Of a stretch of DNA of 64,000 bases, positions 51,528 through 62,581 are shown one piece after another. Position 1 is the stretch's first letter. Each line of letters opens with the position of its first letter. Origin of the DNA: Oculatellaceae cyanobacterium bins.114 (GTDB lineage Bacteria > Cyanobacteriota > Cyanobacteriia > Elainellales > Elainellaceae); contig JANRJA010000011.1 in assembly GCA_033764315.1 (NCBI GenBank), positions 13,561-77,560 of the forward strand, written 5' to 3'. A model generated the notes under the pieces. The model saw only the letters and a program-made list of their open reading frames with translations, was not told the DNA's origin and ran no database searches. The position numbers were made by a program, and so were the translations under genes.

Positions 51528-52322
51528 CTACAGCGATGAATTAGACACTGTAACATTGGCATTGCTACCCAGATCAATCTCAACACCTGATGCTTTGCAA
51601 TACTTCTCTGCAATCTCCATTGGATTGCCAATCATTTTAACCGTATGGTTCTCAATCCACATCACGCGATCGCAGATTTTAGCCACACTAGCGATGGAAT
51701 GAGAAACAATAATCATCGTTACATGACTATCCTGGAAAGTCATCATTTTTTCAACACATTTCTTTTGAAAGCGAATGTCTCCTACTCCTAACACCTCATC
51801 AATCAACAGAATTTCGGGGTCAAGATGAGCAACGATAGAAAACCCTAGTCGGGCTAACATACCACTAGAGTAAACGCGAATAGGGCGATCGATGAACTCT
51901 CCCAATTCAGAGAACTCAATAATCTCATCCATCTTTTTCAAAATTTCACGTCGTGTTAGCCCCATCAAAACTCCGTTGAGAATGATGTTTTCTCTGCCTT
52001 CTAAATCTTGATGAAAGCCTGCACCTAACGAGAGCAATGGAGAAATTCTGCCATTGACAGTCACTCGCCCCTGGTTAGGTGCCAATACGCCTGCAATCAA
52101 ACCGAGAGTGGTGCTCTTACCAGCCCCGTTATTGCCAATAATGCCAAAATTTTCTCCGCGATAGACCTCAAACGAAATGTCTCTCAGTGCCTCAAATCGC
52201 TCATTTTTTAATACACTCACGTTTTCAGAGAAGTTAAAGAGAAAATTTTTGACTCCTCGAATTTGGCGATAGAGCGGGTAGTATTTACTAACGTTATCAA
52301 ATGCAACAATGGGATCTCTCAT
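51528..52322 (-). CDS. wzt: Polysaccharide ABC exporter, ATPase subunit
   Basis: GNNGAGKST, YSSGM, DEVLGVGD; no C-terminal carbohydrate-binding domain. Confidence 0.92.
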   Translation of the reverse strand: MRDPIVAFDNVSKYYPLYRQIRGVKNFLFNFSENVSVLKNERFEALRDISFEVYRGENFGIIGNNGAGKSTTLGLIAGVLAPNQGRVTVNGRISPLLSLGAGFHQDLEGRENIILNGVLMGLTRREILKKMDEIIEFSELGEFIDRPIRVYSSGMLARLGFSIVAHLDPEILLIDEVLGVGDIRFQKKCVEKMMTFQDSHVTMIIVSHSIASVAKICDRVMWIENHTVKMIGNPMEIAEKYCKASGVEIDLGSNANVTVSNSSL

Positions 52323-53134
52323 ACAACTTCTGCAAACTTCCACTCAAGTTTCTTATAAATCAATTGACCAATGACTAAAAAAACAATGGCATAAGCAGCA
52401 GCAATGAGTAAAAGGTTTGGATTAATTTCATATTTTATATCTGCACCATGTAGAAATAAATCTCGCCAACTGACAATCAATGCAGCAAAGGGATTTAATC
52501 CATACATATAAATTTGATATTCCGGTGGAATCATCTCTTTGGTATAAATGATTGGCGTGAAGTAGAATGCCAAATTCATAGCCACAGTGACTAATCGTTC
52601 AATATCTCTTAGGAAAAGATTAAGCGATGCCAGGATAAGAGTAATTCCATAAGCCATGACAAACTGGATCACTAGCAAGACAGGTAAATAAAGCCATTCC
52701 CATGTAAAAGGAACATGGTAGAAAAACATGAATATAAGGATGACTGGAAGCGACAGAACGTAGTGAATCAGATGGTTGATAATAGCGGCAAGGGGAATAA
52801 TATTTCGAGGAAAGTTAACCTTTTTAATCAGTCCTGCTGAGCCGACAAATAATCGGGGAGAACTGTTAACGGAGTTGGAGATCCACTGCCAGGGAAACAG
52901 ACCTGCAATCAAGACGAGGGGATAGTTGGGTACTTGAACTCGCATCATCACACCAAAGGCGATGACGAAAACAAGGGCAAAAGTTAATGGGCTGGCCACA
53001 GACCACAAATAGCCTAAAGCCTTGTTTTTGTAGCGTGCTTTTAATTCCTTTTCCACCAGAACCCGGAGCAAATCCCGATAGTTCTCAAAGTTTCGGTGGT
53101 CCCCAAAAATGCTAGATCGCTTTATCCCTTGCAT
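52319..53134 (-). CDS. wzm: Polysaccharide ABC exporter, permease subunit
   Basis: ELKARYK..LGYLW, LIKKVNFP, FYFTPIIY, LNPF. Confidence 0.92.
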   Translation of the reverse strand: MQGIKRSSIFGDHRNFENYRDLLRVLVEKELKARYKNKALGYLWSVASPLTFALVFVIAFGVMMRVQVPNYPLVLIAGLFPWQWISNSVNSSPRLFVGSAGLIKKVNFPRNIIPLAAIINHLIHYVLSLPVILIFMFFYHVPFTWEWLYLPVLLVIQFVMAYGITLILASLNLFLRDIERLVTVAMNLAFYFTPIIYTKEMIPPEYQIYMYGLNPFAALIVSWRDLFLHGADIKYEINPNLLLIAAAYAIVFLVIGQLIYKKLEWKFAEVV

Positions 53135-53272
53135 TCTCTGTGCCTGTCAGATGTACGTTTGATTCGTTAGTGAGGTTCTAGTCTGAGCTACCGTTTCAAA
53201 GCTTGATAATACTCTACTCTGTCAATATGTAAAATACTTGACACAATTCGAGGAAGTTAGAGCACTACTCCG

Positions 53273-54397
53273 ATGAAAACAGCTGTTGTTCATGAGTGGT
53301 TAGTTACCTATGCAGGGTCAGAGCGTGTTTGTGAACAGATGCTCTTACTATTCCCAGAAGCTGACTTATATAGCCTGGTCGATTTTCTCTCAGAGCAGTT
53401 GAGGGGCTTTATCCAACATAAATCGGTGACAACCTCTTTTATCCAGAGACTTCCCTTTGCTAATCCTAAGTTCCGGCAATATCTGCCTTTGATGCCTCTG
53501 GCGGTGGAGCAATTCGACCTCTCGGAGTATGACTTAATTCTCTCTAGTCACCATGCAGTGGCAAAAGGAGTGATTACACGGGCTGATCAGCTTCATATTA
53601 GTTATGTTCATACCCCGATTCGATATGCCTGGGACCTGCAACGCGATTACTTGCAAGGGGCAGGGCTACAGCGAGGCTTAAAAGCCGTCCTGACACAGCT
53701 AATTTTGCATTACATCCGCTTATGGGATGTAGCCAGTGCCAATCGAGTAGATTGCTTTGTGGCAAATTCTCACTATGTTGCTCGACGAATTTGGAAAACT
53801 TATCGTCGTCCGGCTCAAGTGATTTATCCTCCTGTTGCGGTAGAACAGTTTTATCCAAAGTCACAACGAGACGATTTTTATTTTACGCTGTCTCGCTTTG
53901 TGCCCTATAAGCGAATTGATTTGATTGTCACAGCATTTACCCAGTTAGGCTTGCCGCTGGTTGTTATGGGAGACGGACCCGACTGGCGGAGGGTGACAGC
54001 AATGGCAGGAGCCAATGTTCAATTCCTTAAACCCCAATCCGATTCAGTTGTGGCAGATTACATGCAACGGTGTAAAGCTTTTGTTTATGCTGCTGCCGAG
54101 GATTTTGGAATCACGTTAGTAGAGGCACAAGCGGCAGGGGCACCGGTCATTACCTATGGCAAAGGGGGTGCAACCGAGACGGTGATTCCTGAAAAAACGG
54201 GGCTGTTTTTTGGAGAACAAACCGTAGAAAGTTTGATAGAGGTGGTACGTCGGCTAGAGTCAAAGAGCGTGTCATTTGATACGGAACGACTGCGATCGCA
54301 TGCAGAGCAATTTTCGATCAATCGCTTTCAACGCGAATTTGCTGAATTGGTTGATCAAAAATGGACAATATTTCAGCGAGGGGATGACTTACAGTAA
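53273..54397 (+). CDS. GT4 glycosyltransferase (WbaZ-like)
   Basis: VHEWL..AGSE, YVHTPIRYAWD, EDFGI..VEAQAAG. Confidence 0.92.
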   Translation: MKTAVVHEWLVTYAGSERVCEQMLLLFPEADLYSLVDFLSEQLRGFIQHKSVTTSFIQRLPFANPKFRQYLPLMPLAVEQFDLSEYDLILSSHHAVAKGVITRADQLHISYVHTPIRYAWDLQRDYLQGAGLQRGLKAVLTQLILHYIRLWDVASANRVDCFVANSHYVARRIWKTYRRPAQVIYPPVAVEQFYPKSQRDDFYFTLSRFVPYKRIDLIVTAFTQLGLPLVVMGDGPDWRRVTAMAGANVQFLKPQSDSVVADYMQRCKAFVYAAAEDFGITLVEAQAAGAPVITYGKGGATETVIPEKTGLFFGEQTVESLIEVVRRLESKSVSFDTERLRSHAEQFSINRFQREFAELVDQKWTIFQRGDDLQ

Positions 54398-54424
54398 TAG
54401 CGTGAGGAGTAGTAATCAATCGCA

Positions 54425-55867
54425 ATGCAGCTTAACCGCACGTTACGACCTGCAATCTGGGCACTAACCATTTCCACTCGGTCATTACCAACCCTTGCCA
54501 TCATGATCTGTGGAGATTTGATGGCTTTGGCGATCGCTGGGTTAGTGAGCATCTACAGTCGCCTGGTGTTAGAAGGTCAATTTCACCCATTACTGTATCT
54601 ACAACTGTGTCCTCTCCTGGTCTTATTTGTTCTAACCTACGCCGCGGTTGGGCTTTATCCGGGGGTGTTGGTCAGTCCGGTAGACGAGTTTCGCCGCATC
54701 AGTTTGTCCACTACCTTGATTTATCTCGTCTTGGGGTCAGCTATTTTTCTTCGACGAGAGGGAGAGGTTTATTCAAGAAGCGTTTTTTTGACGGCTTGGG
54801 TGCTGTCGATCGTGCTGGTATTACTGGGGCGTGCTCTAGTTCGACACTTTTTTGGGCACAAAAAATGGTGGGGCTACCCAGTCGTTGTATTGGGGGCGGG
54901 CAAAACCGGAGAGATGGTAATTCGTACCCTCAAACGACATCCTAGCTTGGGTTTAAAACCTGTTTTAGTACTAGATGACGACCCTCAAAAGCACGGTTCT
55001 TTGTTGGATGTGCCTGTTTTGGGGGGAGTTGAGTTAGCCCCAATTGTGGCCCGCGAACGACAGATTCCTTATGCGATCGTTGCTATGCCTGGGGTGCCCC
55101 GTAGTCGTCTGCTCAAACTCCTAGAGCGTTATGGACATACCTTTGCTCACTTGTTGATCATTCCTGACCTATTTGGCTTTTCAAGTTTGTGGGTTGTTGC
55201 CAGAGACATGGGTGGCATGTTGGGGCTAGAAATTCGCCAGCAGTTGTTGTTGCCGGGGCCACGCCTCGCCAAGTTTTTGATTGACTTGATTACAACTCTG
55301 ATCGGCGGGATATTGATGCTGCCGCTAATTACGGTCATTGCCGTTTTAATTCGCCTCGATTCTCCGGGGCCAATTTTTTATGGACAAATTCGCATTGGGC
55401 AAGACGGCAAGCCTTTCAAAGCCTGGAAGTTTCGCTCAATGGTGCAATATGCTGACAAGGTTTTACAAGATTATTTGGAGGAGCATCCAGACCTCAGGGA
55501 ATCGTGGGAACAAGACCAAAAATTGCGAGATGATCCTCGTGTTACCCGTATTGGGCGATTTTTGCGACGGACTAGCCTCGATGAGTTGCCGCAGTTGTGG
55601 AATATTTTGCGGGGAGAGATGAGCCTGGTGGGGCCTCGCCCCATCGTGGATGAAGAGATTTGGCGGTATGGAGAGCAATTTAATCTCTACACCAAGGTGA
55701 CTCCTGGCTTAACTGGACTATGGCAAGTCTCAGGACGCAACAATTTGCCCTATGAAGAACGGGTTGGCTTAGATGCGTATTACGTTCAGAATTGGTCGGT
55801 GTGGCTGGATGTTTACATTCTGGTACGTACTCTTTGGGTTGTCATGTCGGGTGAAGGAGCTTACTAA
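54425..55867 (+). CDS. wbaP: Undecaprenyl-phosphate sugar phosphotransferase
   Basis: Four TM helices, CoA-binding-like domain, KFRSM, RRTSLDELPQ, SLVGPRP, PGLTGLWQVSGR. Confidence 0.9.
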   Translation: MQLNRTLRPAIWALTISTRSLPTLAIMICGDLMALAIAGLVSIYSRLVLEGQFHPLLYLQLCPLLVLFVLTYAAVGLYPGVLVSPVDEFRRISLSTTLIYLVLGSAIFLRREGEVYSRSVFLTAWVLSIVLVLLGRALVRHFFGHKKWWGYPVVVLGAGKTGEMVIRTLKRHPSLGLKPVLVLDDDPQKHGSLLDVPVLGGVELAPIVARERQIPYAIVAMPGVPRSRLLKLLERYGHTFAHLLIIPDLFGFSSLWVVARDMGGMLGLEIRQQLLLPGPRLAKFLIDLITTLIGGILMLPLITVIAVLIRLDSPGPIFYGQIRIGQDGKPFKAWKFRSMVQYADKVLQDYLEEHPDLRESWEQDQKLRDDPRVTRIGRFLRRTSLDELPQLWNILRGEMSLVGPRPIVDEEIWRYGEQFNLYTKVTPGLTGLWQVSGRNNLPYEERVGLDAYYVQNWSVWLDVYILVRTLWVVMSGEGAY

Positions 55868-55873
55868 AACCAG

Positions 55874-57175
55874 ATGGAGACTACGCAGAGAACTGAGAGG
55901 TTTTATGATGCAGTATTACGGTTTAGCCTGTGGACTTTGCCGTATTTTTATTACATCAGTTTTTGTGGTGTCTTCGCAGTCGTTATTCATGTTTTGAGAA
56001 CCTCTAAAGAGGCACTTTTAGACTTATTTACTCGCAACATTTTGTTGATGATTAGTGGATTGCTAATCCTCAGTTCGATAGTTGCATTTAATAAGAGTGA
56101 AGCCTTTTTGCAACTGGTCAATTTTCTGCCATTTTTTCTGATCTTTACAGCATTGCCAACGCTTTTAAAGAAGTGTGGAACTTTAGAAAAATTGGCTTTG
56201 GGGTGGGTTATTAGTGCGATTCCGATTAACATCGTTGCCCTAGTAGAATATGTTTTGAAATCACCTTTTTTGCCACAGCCGCTGCAAACTGTTGGGGCGA
56301 TCGCTCACCTGCGATCGAGTCCCCATGTTGGGCGAGCTATGGTGACATTTAATCACCCCAATGTGTTAGCCAGTTATTTAGTGATGATTTTAGGATTGGG
56401 GTTGGGGCTTATTCTAAAACACCTCTCTCAACCCCCTCAAAAACCATCTGAAAACACCCTGCATACTGATCCCAAAAACCAATTAGAGTGGTCTATCTGG
56501 CAACCTCGATTGCTTTATATTGGCACTGGTTTGAACTTAGTTGGAATTTTTTGCTCTGGGTCTCGCAATGGCTTGATCATTGCGGTCTCTCAACTCATTG
56601 TCTTTGCGCTATTGGCACGCACTCGACGAGTCGTATTGATTGGGGGAATGGTTGGTCTACTGGCGATCGCTCTTGGAGCCGCAGTGTTAGGGATTGGGGG
56701 GCGATCGGTCACTGGAGAGGCCGTGGCCTATGACCCTAGAATTGGGGTTTGGCAAATCGCCCTAGATTTAATGCGTGAGCGTCCTCTCTTGGGGTGGGGT
56801 TTGGGCAACTATAAGTTGCTCTATCCAGAGCGGTTGATCGATCCAGCCCATCCGTATATTGCCCATCCTCACAATGTCTGGTTATTGTTGGGCAGCGAAG
56901 CTGGAATCCCGGTGATGGTAACCATGACAGTATTTGTAGGATGCATTTGCTATCAAGCTGTGCATGGGTTAATCCAGCAAAAACATGCCCCTGCTAACCG
57001 TGGCATGGTGTTGGCCTATCTCTTTGCTTTTTGGGGATGCATTGGGTTTGCCCTGTTTGATGTCACGCTCTACGACGCCAGCATCAACATTATGAATTGG
57101 GTCATGTTAGCGGGCATTTACTCCGCTTCACGGGCTGAGCCTGCGCCGTCTGAGCCTACATTGCCCAAACCTTGA
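55874..57175 (+). CDS. O-antigen ligase-like (Wzy_C) membrane protein
   Basis: FNHPNVLASY, SGSRNG, GWGLGN, HPHN. Confidence 0.85.
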   Translation: METTQRTERFYDAVLRFSLWTLPYFYYISFCGVFAVVIHVLRTSKEALLDLFTRNILLMISGLLILSSIVAFNKSEAFLQLVNFLPFFLIFTALPTLLKKCGTLEKLALGWVISAIPINIVALVEYVLKSPFLPQPLQTVGAIAHLRSSPHVGRAMVTFNHPNVLASYLVMILGLGLGLILKHLSQPPQKPSENTLHTDPKNQLEWSIWQPRLLYIGTGLNLVGIFCSGSRNGLIIAVSQLIVFALLARTRRVVLIGGMVGLLAIALGAAVLGIGGRSVTGEAVAYDPRIGVWQIALDLMRERPLLGWGLGNYKLLYPERLIDPAHPYIAHPHNVWLLLGSEAGIPVMVTMTVFVGCICYQAVHGLIQQKHAPANRGMVLAYLFAFWGCIGFALFDVTLYDASINIMNWVMLAGIYSASRAEPAPSEPTLPKP

Positions 57176-57741
57176 TGGTCAGCCATAATTTCTTCCATTG
57201 CTCGTTGAATCACCTGTCGCTGCTCTGCATCATAACCCCACCGTTTGAGAAACCCTTGATAGTTTCCTTCACCTGTGAGGGTGCTTTCATGTAACTGTTG
57301 GGCTTGTTTGGTGATTTCAGACAAGTGAAGGTTTTGAATCAGGCCAAGTGTACGCGATCGCACTCGGTCTGACCCCTGTGCCAGTTTTTCATCATTGTTG
57401 CGACGGTGGGTGACTGCCATTGCCGATGACATCGCCAAATTTTTGACCAATAACTCTGCGGCAATCTCTGGCGCAGCTTGCAATCCTTGAAGAACAGGTG
57501 ATGTGGATTGACCTGCAATGGGACGTGGGTCACTCAAATAGGTAACAAAAAATCCCCGTGCCCCATTTTCAGTTTCTACCAAAGACGCGATCGCCTCCTC
57601 TAACTCAGAATCTGACATCAACCCCTGCTCTAACCGATTGAGGATTGTTTGAGTCAGGGCGATCGCCTCCTCAAAAGTTATTTCTGAAATCTTTGTATCT
57701 GGAGTAGTTGAATCACCTGCCACCATAACCAAACCTTTCAA
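57118..57741 (-). CDS. Hypothetical protein (likely conserved in cyanobacteria)
   Basis: GARGFFVTYL, VKNLAMSSAM, FLKRWGYD. Confidence 0.75.
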   Translation of the reverse strand: MKGLVMVAGDSTTPDTKISEITFEEAIALTQTILNRLEQGLMSDSELEEAIASLVETENGARGFFVTYLSDPRPIAGQSTSPVLQGLQAAPEIAAELLVKNLAMSSAMAVTHRRNNDEKLAQGSDRVRSRTLGLIQNLHLSEITKQAQQLHESTLTGEGNYQGFLKRWGYDAEQRQVIQRAMEEIMADHQGLGNVGSDGAGSAREAE

Positions 57742-57932
57742 CGTTTTAAAGTGTTTATCTCAGTCACAATCAATCAGTCACAATTAATCAATCGTTGTTA
57801 ATAGCGTTGAGACGCCAACTTCTATTGTGACGTTCCCACTCAAAGGATAAACAGGAATAAGGGGATGGCTACCGTGATCCTCAGTTGTTATTGAGCAGTC
57901 AGGCGTCTATAAATTCAGTACGATGGTTAATC

Positions 57933-59054
57933 ATGGCAATTATTTCCTCCAAACAATCTGCTCCAGAACCTGACCAGCACGGCGATGAGGCTTTGACATT
58001 TCCTCAGGTGAGTGCCAAGTCTCGCGTGGCTAAAGAACCGGGGTTGTTGAAGCCTGAAGCCACGGTTGAAGATAGCACCAAACAGGATGAGAGCCTTCGC
58101 CCTAAGCGACTAGCCGACTACATTGGGCAAAAGGATCTCAAGGAAGTTCTTGGAATTGCCATTCAAGCGGCAAAGGCACGCAACGAAACTCTAGATCATC
58201 TCTTGTTGTATGGGCCACCAGGGTTAGGTAAAACGACAATGTCGTTGATTTTGGCAGAAGAGATGGGGGTTGATTGCAAAATTACAACGGCTCCTGCTTT
58301 AGAGCGTCCACGTGACATTGCAGGATTGTTAGTGAATTTAAAGCCCGGTGATGTGTTGTTCATTGACGAAATTCATCGCTTGCCACGGGTGACAGAGGAG
58401 ATTTTGTATGCGGCTATGGAAGATTTTCGGCTCGATATCACCGTCGGTAAAGGGCAAAGTGCTCGAACTCGTAGTCTGCCCTTACAACGGTTTACCTTGG
58501 TTGGGGCAACAACCCGTGTGGGTGCGCTGACTTCTCCTTTGCGCGATCGCTTTGGGTTGGTGCAGCGATTGCGATTTTATGAGCTAGATGAATTAACCCA
58601 AATTATTCTTCGTACCGCAGAAATCCTCAAGACTCCGGTTCATCCTGAAGGAGCAATGGAAATTGCTCGTCGCTCTAGGGGCACTCCTCGAATTGGCAAT
58701 CGTTTATTGAGACGGGTGCGCGACTATGTTGAGGTTAAAGCCTCAGGCAGCGTGACAGAGGCGATCGCCGCTGAGGCACTAGAGCTATTTAACGTTGATC
58801 CCTGTGGGCTAGATTGGACTGATCGGCGCATGCTGACGGTAATTATTGAAAATTTTGGGGGAGGACCAGTAGGGCTAGACACGATCGCTGCGGCAACGGG
58901 CGAAGATGCTCAAACTATTGAGGAAGTGTATGAACCCTATCTGCTGCAAATTGGCTACTTACAGCGATCGCCCAGAGGCAGAATTGTGACTCCTGCGGCC
59001 TGGAAACACTTGGGCTATCAGCCCCCAGACGGGCAACTATCCTTTTTGTCGTAG
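57933..59054 (+). CDS. ruvB: Holliday junction branch migration helicase
   Basis: [32 protein letters not shown]. Confidence 0.98.
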   Translation: MAIISSKQSAPEPDQHGDEALTFPQVSAKSRVAKEPGLLKPEATVEDSTKQDESLRPKRLADYIGQKDLKEVLGIAIQAAKARNETLDHLLLYGPPGLGKTTMSLILAEEMGVDCKITTAPALERPRDIAGLLVNLKPGDVLFIDEIHRLPRVTEEILYAAMEDFRLDITVGKGQSARTRSLPLQRFTLVGATTRVGALTSPLRDRFGLVQRLRFYELDELTQIILRTAEILKTPVHPEGAMEIARRSRGTPRIGNRLLRRVRDYVEVKASGSVTEAIAAEALELFNVDPCGLDWTDRRMLTVIIENFGGGPVGLDTIAAATGEDAQTIEEVYEPYLLQIGYLQRSPRGRIVTPAAWKHLGYQPPDGQLSFLS

Positions 59055-59091
59055 GGTTGGCAAGGTGAGGGTTATCCCCATCAACTGAGTC

Positions 59092-60219
59092 ATGACAGCC
59101 ATTCAATCTCTGGTAGTCCTCAATCAGGATATGTCTCACGCCACAGGGCACCTTCTTATCCCAAAATCATTGCTTTTAGAGCACACCCCAACCCCTGACA
59201 AAGCTAAGGTATCTGTAGGGCAGAGTATTGTTTTATCTGTATCTAGAACAATTCACCTACCATTTATGCGCCACAGTAGATTTGAAACGAGTCAAATGGG
59301 TCATTGTCAAACAAGAACAGGTTACAGTCACATGGGTAAATTAATGGACGCTATGATGACGTGTTTGCTATCAGTTGTGCTGGCAATCGCCGTTTGGCTG
59401 GGTGTTACGGTTCCTGCTTATGCTGAACCCATCGCCGATGGGCCGTCTTCAACACCAACCGCCCCAACGACTGTTGTTGACCCACCGATTGAGCAACCCC
59501 AACTCACCTCCTGGGTTGAAGAGTTAAATGATCTGCGCACCAAGGCGTTTACGGCAACTAACGAAGGGGAGTTTGCCGTTGCAGAAGGCTATTGGACTGA
59601 GATTCTAGAGTTTTTGCCTGATAATCCTGCCATTTGGAGCAATCGGGGCAATGCTAGAGTGAGTCAAAATAAACTCGAAGAGGCGATCGCCGATTACAAC
59701 AAAGCCATTGAGCTTGCCCCTACGGCTCCTGATCCTTATCTCAATCGGGGGACGGCCTTAGAAGGATTGAAACGCTGGGAGGAGGCGATCGCCGATTACA
59801 ACCGAGTGCTAGAGCTTGATCCCAACGATGCAGCCGCTTACAACAACCGGGGCAACGCTAAAGCTGGACTGGGGCAATGGGAAGACGCGATCGCGGATTA
59901 TCAAAAAGCCGCCGATATGGCTCCTGATTTTGCGTTTGCTCGAGCCAATTATGCGATCGCGCTCTACCAAGTTGATCAAACTCAAGACGCAATTCGGACG
60001 ATGCGCAATCTAGTCCGCAAATATCCTCGATTTGCCGATATGCGAGCCGCTCTAACGGCTGCTCTTTGGGTTGAGGGACGACGGGGCGAAGCCGAAAGTA
60101 ACTGGGTTGCTGCGGTTGGCTTAGATAAGCGATATAAAGATGTTCAGTGGGTCGCGGATACTCGCCGCTGGTCTCCTAAACTGGTGAACGCGCTCCACAA
60201 GTTTCTCACCCTCAACTAA
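59092..60219 (+). CDS. TPR protein with an N-terminal signal or anchor (true start probably about 59332-59356)
   Basis: NRG..ADY TPR repeats; KYPRFADMRAAL..W tail. Confidence 0.85.
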   Translation: MTAIQSLVVLNQDMSHATGHLLIPKSLLLEHTPTPDKAKVSVGQSIVLSVSRTIHLPFMRHSRFETSQMGHCQTRTGYSHMGKLMDAMMTCLLSVVLAIAVWLGVTVPAYAEPIADGPSSTPTAPTTVVDPPIEQPQLTSWVEELNDLRTKAFTATNEGEFAVAEGYWTEILEFLPDNPAIWSNRGNARVSQNKLEEAIADYNKAIELAPTAPDPYLNRGTALEGLKRWEEAIADYNRVLELDPNDAAAYNNRGNAKAGLGQWEDAIADYQKAADMAPDFAFARANYAIALYQVDQTQDAIRTMRNLVRKYPRFADMRAALTAALWVEGRRGEAESNWVAAVGLDKRYKDVQWVADTRRWSPKLVNALHKFLTLN

Positions 60220-60266
60220 CCCACTCTCCAACCCATTGTCTAACCCATTGCCTCGCTCGTTTTTCC

Positions 60267-61154
60267 CTATCGGTAATAAAACTTAAAATCTCTACTGATA
60301 AAGGTGCTGAGCTTTAATCGCAGCGAGTGATAGTAGTAGGAATTGAGCTGAGTCAGCTTAGCGATCGCTTTTTTCCAGATCGGTCGTTTCTGATTCTCAA
60401 TTTTCTTTTGGGCTTCAAAGTAGTGCTGTTTTGCAGTTGGGTCAGATTCTCCTTTAGAGATTCTTACTTTCTCAATGCGATCGTCAAAGAAATCAATTCC
60501 TGACATAACATCATGACGAATTGGAAAACCCACTTTAGCCGCCGCCAAGCCAATGGCATAAGCAGGCCCCTTATGCTGACCCTGCAACTCTGCAAAAAGA
60601 GCCAACTTTCCCCATAAGTCCAAAAATTCTAGTTCGCGACCCCCATCTCTCGTCACGACAAACAAAAATTCGTTGATCCAGGTCAAATCATCCTTTTCTA
60701 AATCTAGATCAACCTTCTGCGCCATTTTTTGAATGACTCCATACGTCTTTATAATTGCAGCCTTTGGAGATTTAGCTCGCTGCACGAGTTGATTGAGATG
60801 AGTAGCCATCTTGGCACAGCTTCGAGCCGTAATACCGGGCTGCCATTGCAAGTCTTGAGGAATCGCAGAACATAACCTGACATCTGCATCTAAATACATG
60901 CAGGAGTTGAACATAGACAACGCTTTGGCGATCGCAAATCGACGCTCGTGATAACACAAAACACCTCTTCGTTTGTGTTGAAAAATAAGGACATTATTGT
61001 ATTTTTTGAAGTCGTTGGGTTTATCTGTAAAGATAACGAAAGGAATTTCAGGAGAATACTTTTCAATATCGTCTGCTAAACCTTTTGCAAGGGCACGATA
61101 TGTAGAGCCAAAGGCGAGTGTGCAAATGCAAAAATTTTGACCTGGAAGAGACAT
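60267..61154 (-). CDS. Hypothetical protein, glycosyltransferase-like (DxD)
   Basis: CTLAFG, IFTD, YLDADV. Confidence 0.65.
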   Translation of the reverse strand: MSLPGQNFCICTLAFGSTYRALAKGLADDIEKYSPEIPFVIFTDKPNDFKKYNNVLIFQHKRRGVLCYHERRFAIAKALSMFNSCMYLDADVRLCSAIPQDLQWQPGITARSCAKMATHLNQLVQRAKSPKAAIIKTYGVIQKMAQKVDLDLEKDDLTWINEFLFVVTRDGGRELEFLDLWGKLALFAELQGQHKGPAYAIGLAAAKVGFPIRHDVMSGIDFFDDRIEKVRISKGESDPTAKQHYFEAQKKIENQKRPIWKKAIAKLTQLNSYYYHSLRLKLSTFISRDFKFYYR

Positions 61155-61353
61155 ACAATTACCTTCCTAATTACGGTAAGCCACAAAAATCTTCACTTCG
61201 ATTAGCCAAACAGAGTAACGACCACACCCGGCAGAATGAGGTTCACGACCAGCTATCAATCTTGTACAAATTCTTTCCCAGAGATTTACCCTTTCATACA
61301 CAAAAGGGAATGAAGTCAGTAGGAGAACCTAATGAAACTCAATTCAGAATTCG

Positions 61354-61440
61354 GGTTTCGACTGCGCTCACCTGCTGCCAGAGAGATTTAGAGGGTTGAG
61401 ACTTCGGCGTGAGTTCAGTCGAACGCGCAGTCAAAACGCA
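61354..61440. repeat. REP-like palindromic element, apparently nested
   Basis: TTTCGACTGCGCTCA ... GTTGAG[ACTTCGGCGTGAGTTCAGTCGAACG]CGCAGTCAAAA. Confidence 0.45.
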
Positions 61441-61652
61441 CCTTATAGTTAATGAAAGCCACCTACTGAGACTCGTTGAAAATCCTAAACTTCTAACGTT
61501 TTATCCTTTTATCAAGAAGATTGAAATAGCTCTAAAGTGAGAAATAAAACTTTAGTTTTACCCAACAAAGTAAGACCTATGGCAGTGGTTTGAGGAGTTC
61601 CATGCCCTAGATCAAAATCAATTCAATATTCGTCAAAATCCCTTTAAGGAAA

Positions 61653-62498
61653 TTATTTTTGTAGCAACTCTAACACTAAAGTTGGTGTGAGTTGTTCGAC
61701 ATTAGTTAGTACGATGGTTGCCCCTGATTGTTCAAGAGTTTTGGTATAAGTAGCTGCATATTCAGGTGGATTTTGAGCATGGGGCGGCAAAATACCAACT
61801 CCGATCCACTGGCGTAATGAATACACCTGTTGGGCATTTTTAACGGTTTGCATATCGGCCACCGTATCCCCCACATAAATAACAGGAATGGGGGCGGTGT
61901 CCTGAGGTTCTAATTGCTGAATCGTGTCAAACAAGCCAGTGGGGTCAGGTTTTCCGGGAGCATCCTCCATCGCCACTAAAGTGGGCGATCGCAGGCCCAA
62001 CCGTTTTTCTAACACATAGGAAGCCGATCCTCGAGTGGCACCACTAAAAAAGCCCCATCGCATATCAGCCTGGGTCAAACTTTCCAGATAGCTGGGTCGC
62101 AGCAATAACGGTTCGTCGCAGATATAGCCTGTCCAATGGTCAGGGTCAGGCCCCCGATAGCGACTTTGAAAAAAAGCAACAATGTCTTGATAGCTCAAAA
62201 CAGTTTCCCCACTGGGGTCATCGCGCCCTTGTTGTTTACGGTAGCGATCAATCATTTCGCGAGAGGCTTCCCAGTCGTTGTTCCACACGCCTTCGCTTTT
62301 GAGAGCATCAATATCCTGCATAGAGGGGCGGTAAGCTTGGTCAGTATAGTGCTCAACCGTATCTGCTAAAGCTCGGCGATAAGACCCACCCACATCTCGA
62401 ATGACGCCATCGATATCAAACACAACGATCGCTTTAACGGCTTGTTGCTCCCCCTGCTGCACCACTTCCTCACACTCCCAGATTAGGATTTTCAGCAT
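61653..62498 (-). CDS. HAD-superfamily hydrolase (TIGR01548-like)
   Basis: FDIDGVIRDV, WNNDW, GKPDP, YVGDTVAD; start uncertain (62462-62507). Confidence 0.88.
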   Translation of the reverse strand: MLKILIWECEEVVQQGEQQAVKAIVVFDIDGVIRDVGGSYRRALADTVEHYTDQAYRPSMQDIDALKSEGVWNNDWEASREMIDRYRKQQGRDDPSGETVLSYQDIVAFFQSRYRGPDPDHWTGYICDEPLLLRPSYLESLTQADMRWGFFSGATRGSASYVLEKRLGLRSPTLVAMEDAPGKPDPTGLFDTIQQLEPQDTAPIPVIYVGDTVADMQTVKNAQQVYSLRQWIGVGILPPHAQNPPEYAATYTKTLEQSGATIVLTNVEQLTPTLVLELLQK

Positions 62499-62581
62499 TC
62501 CTATCATCTCAGGTCTGTGTGGATTAATATAGAGAATTGTAGTTTTGAAGAAACAGCCGGAGGCTGTCGCTGGAGGTCGCA

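Noticed and set aside
24935-59054. uvrC, mfd and ruvB in one window as a repair cluster
   Set aside because: Far apart, different strands and unrelated neighbours; likely coincidence
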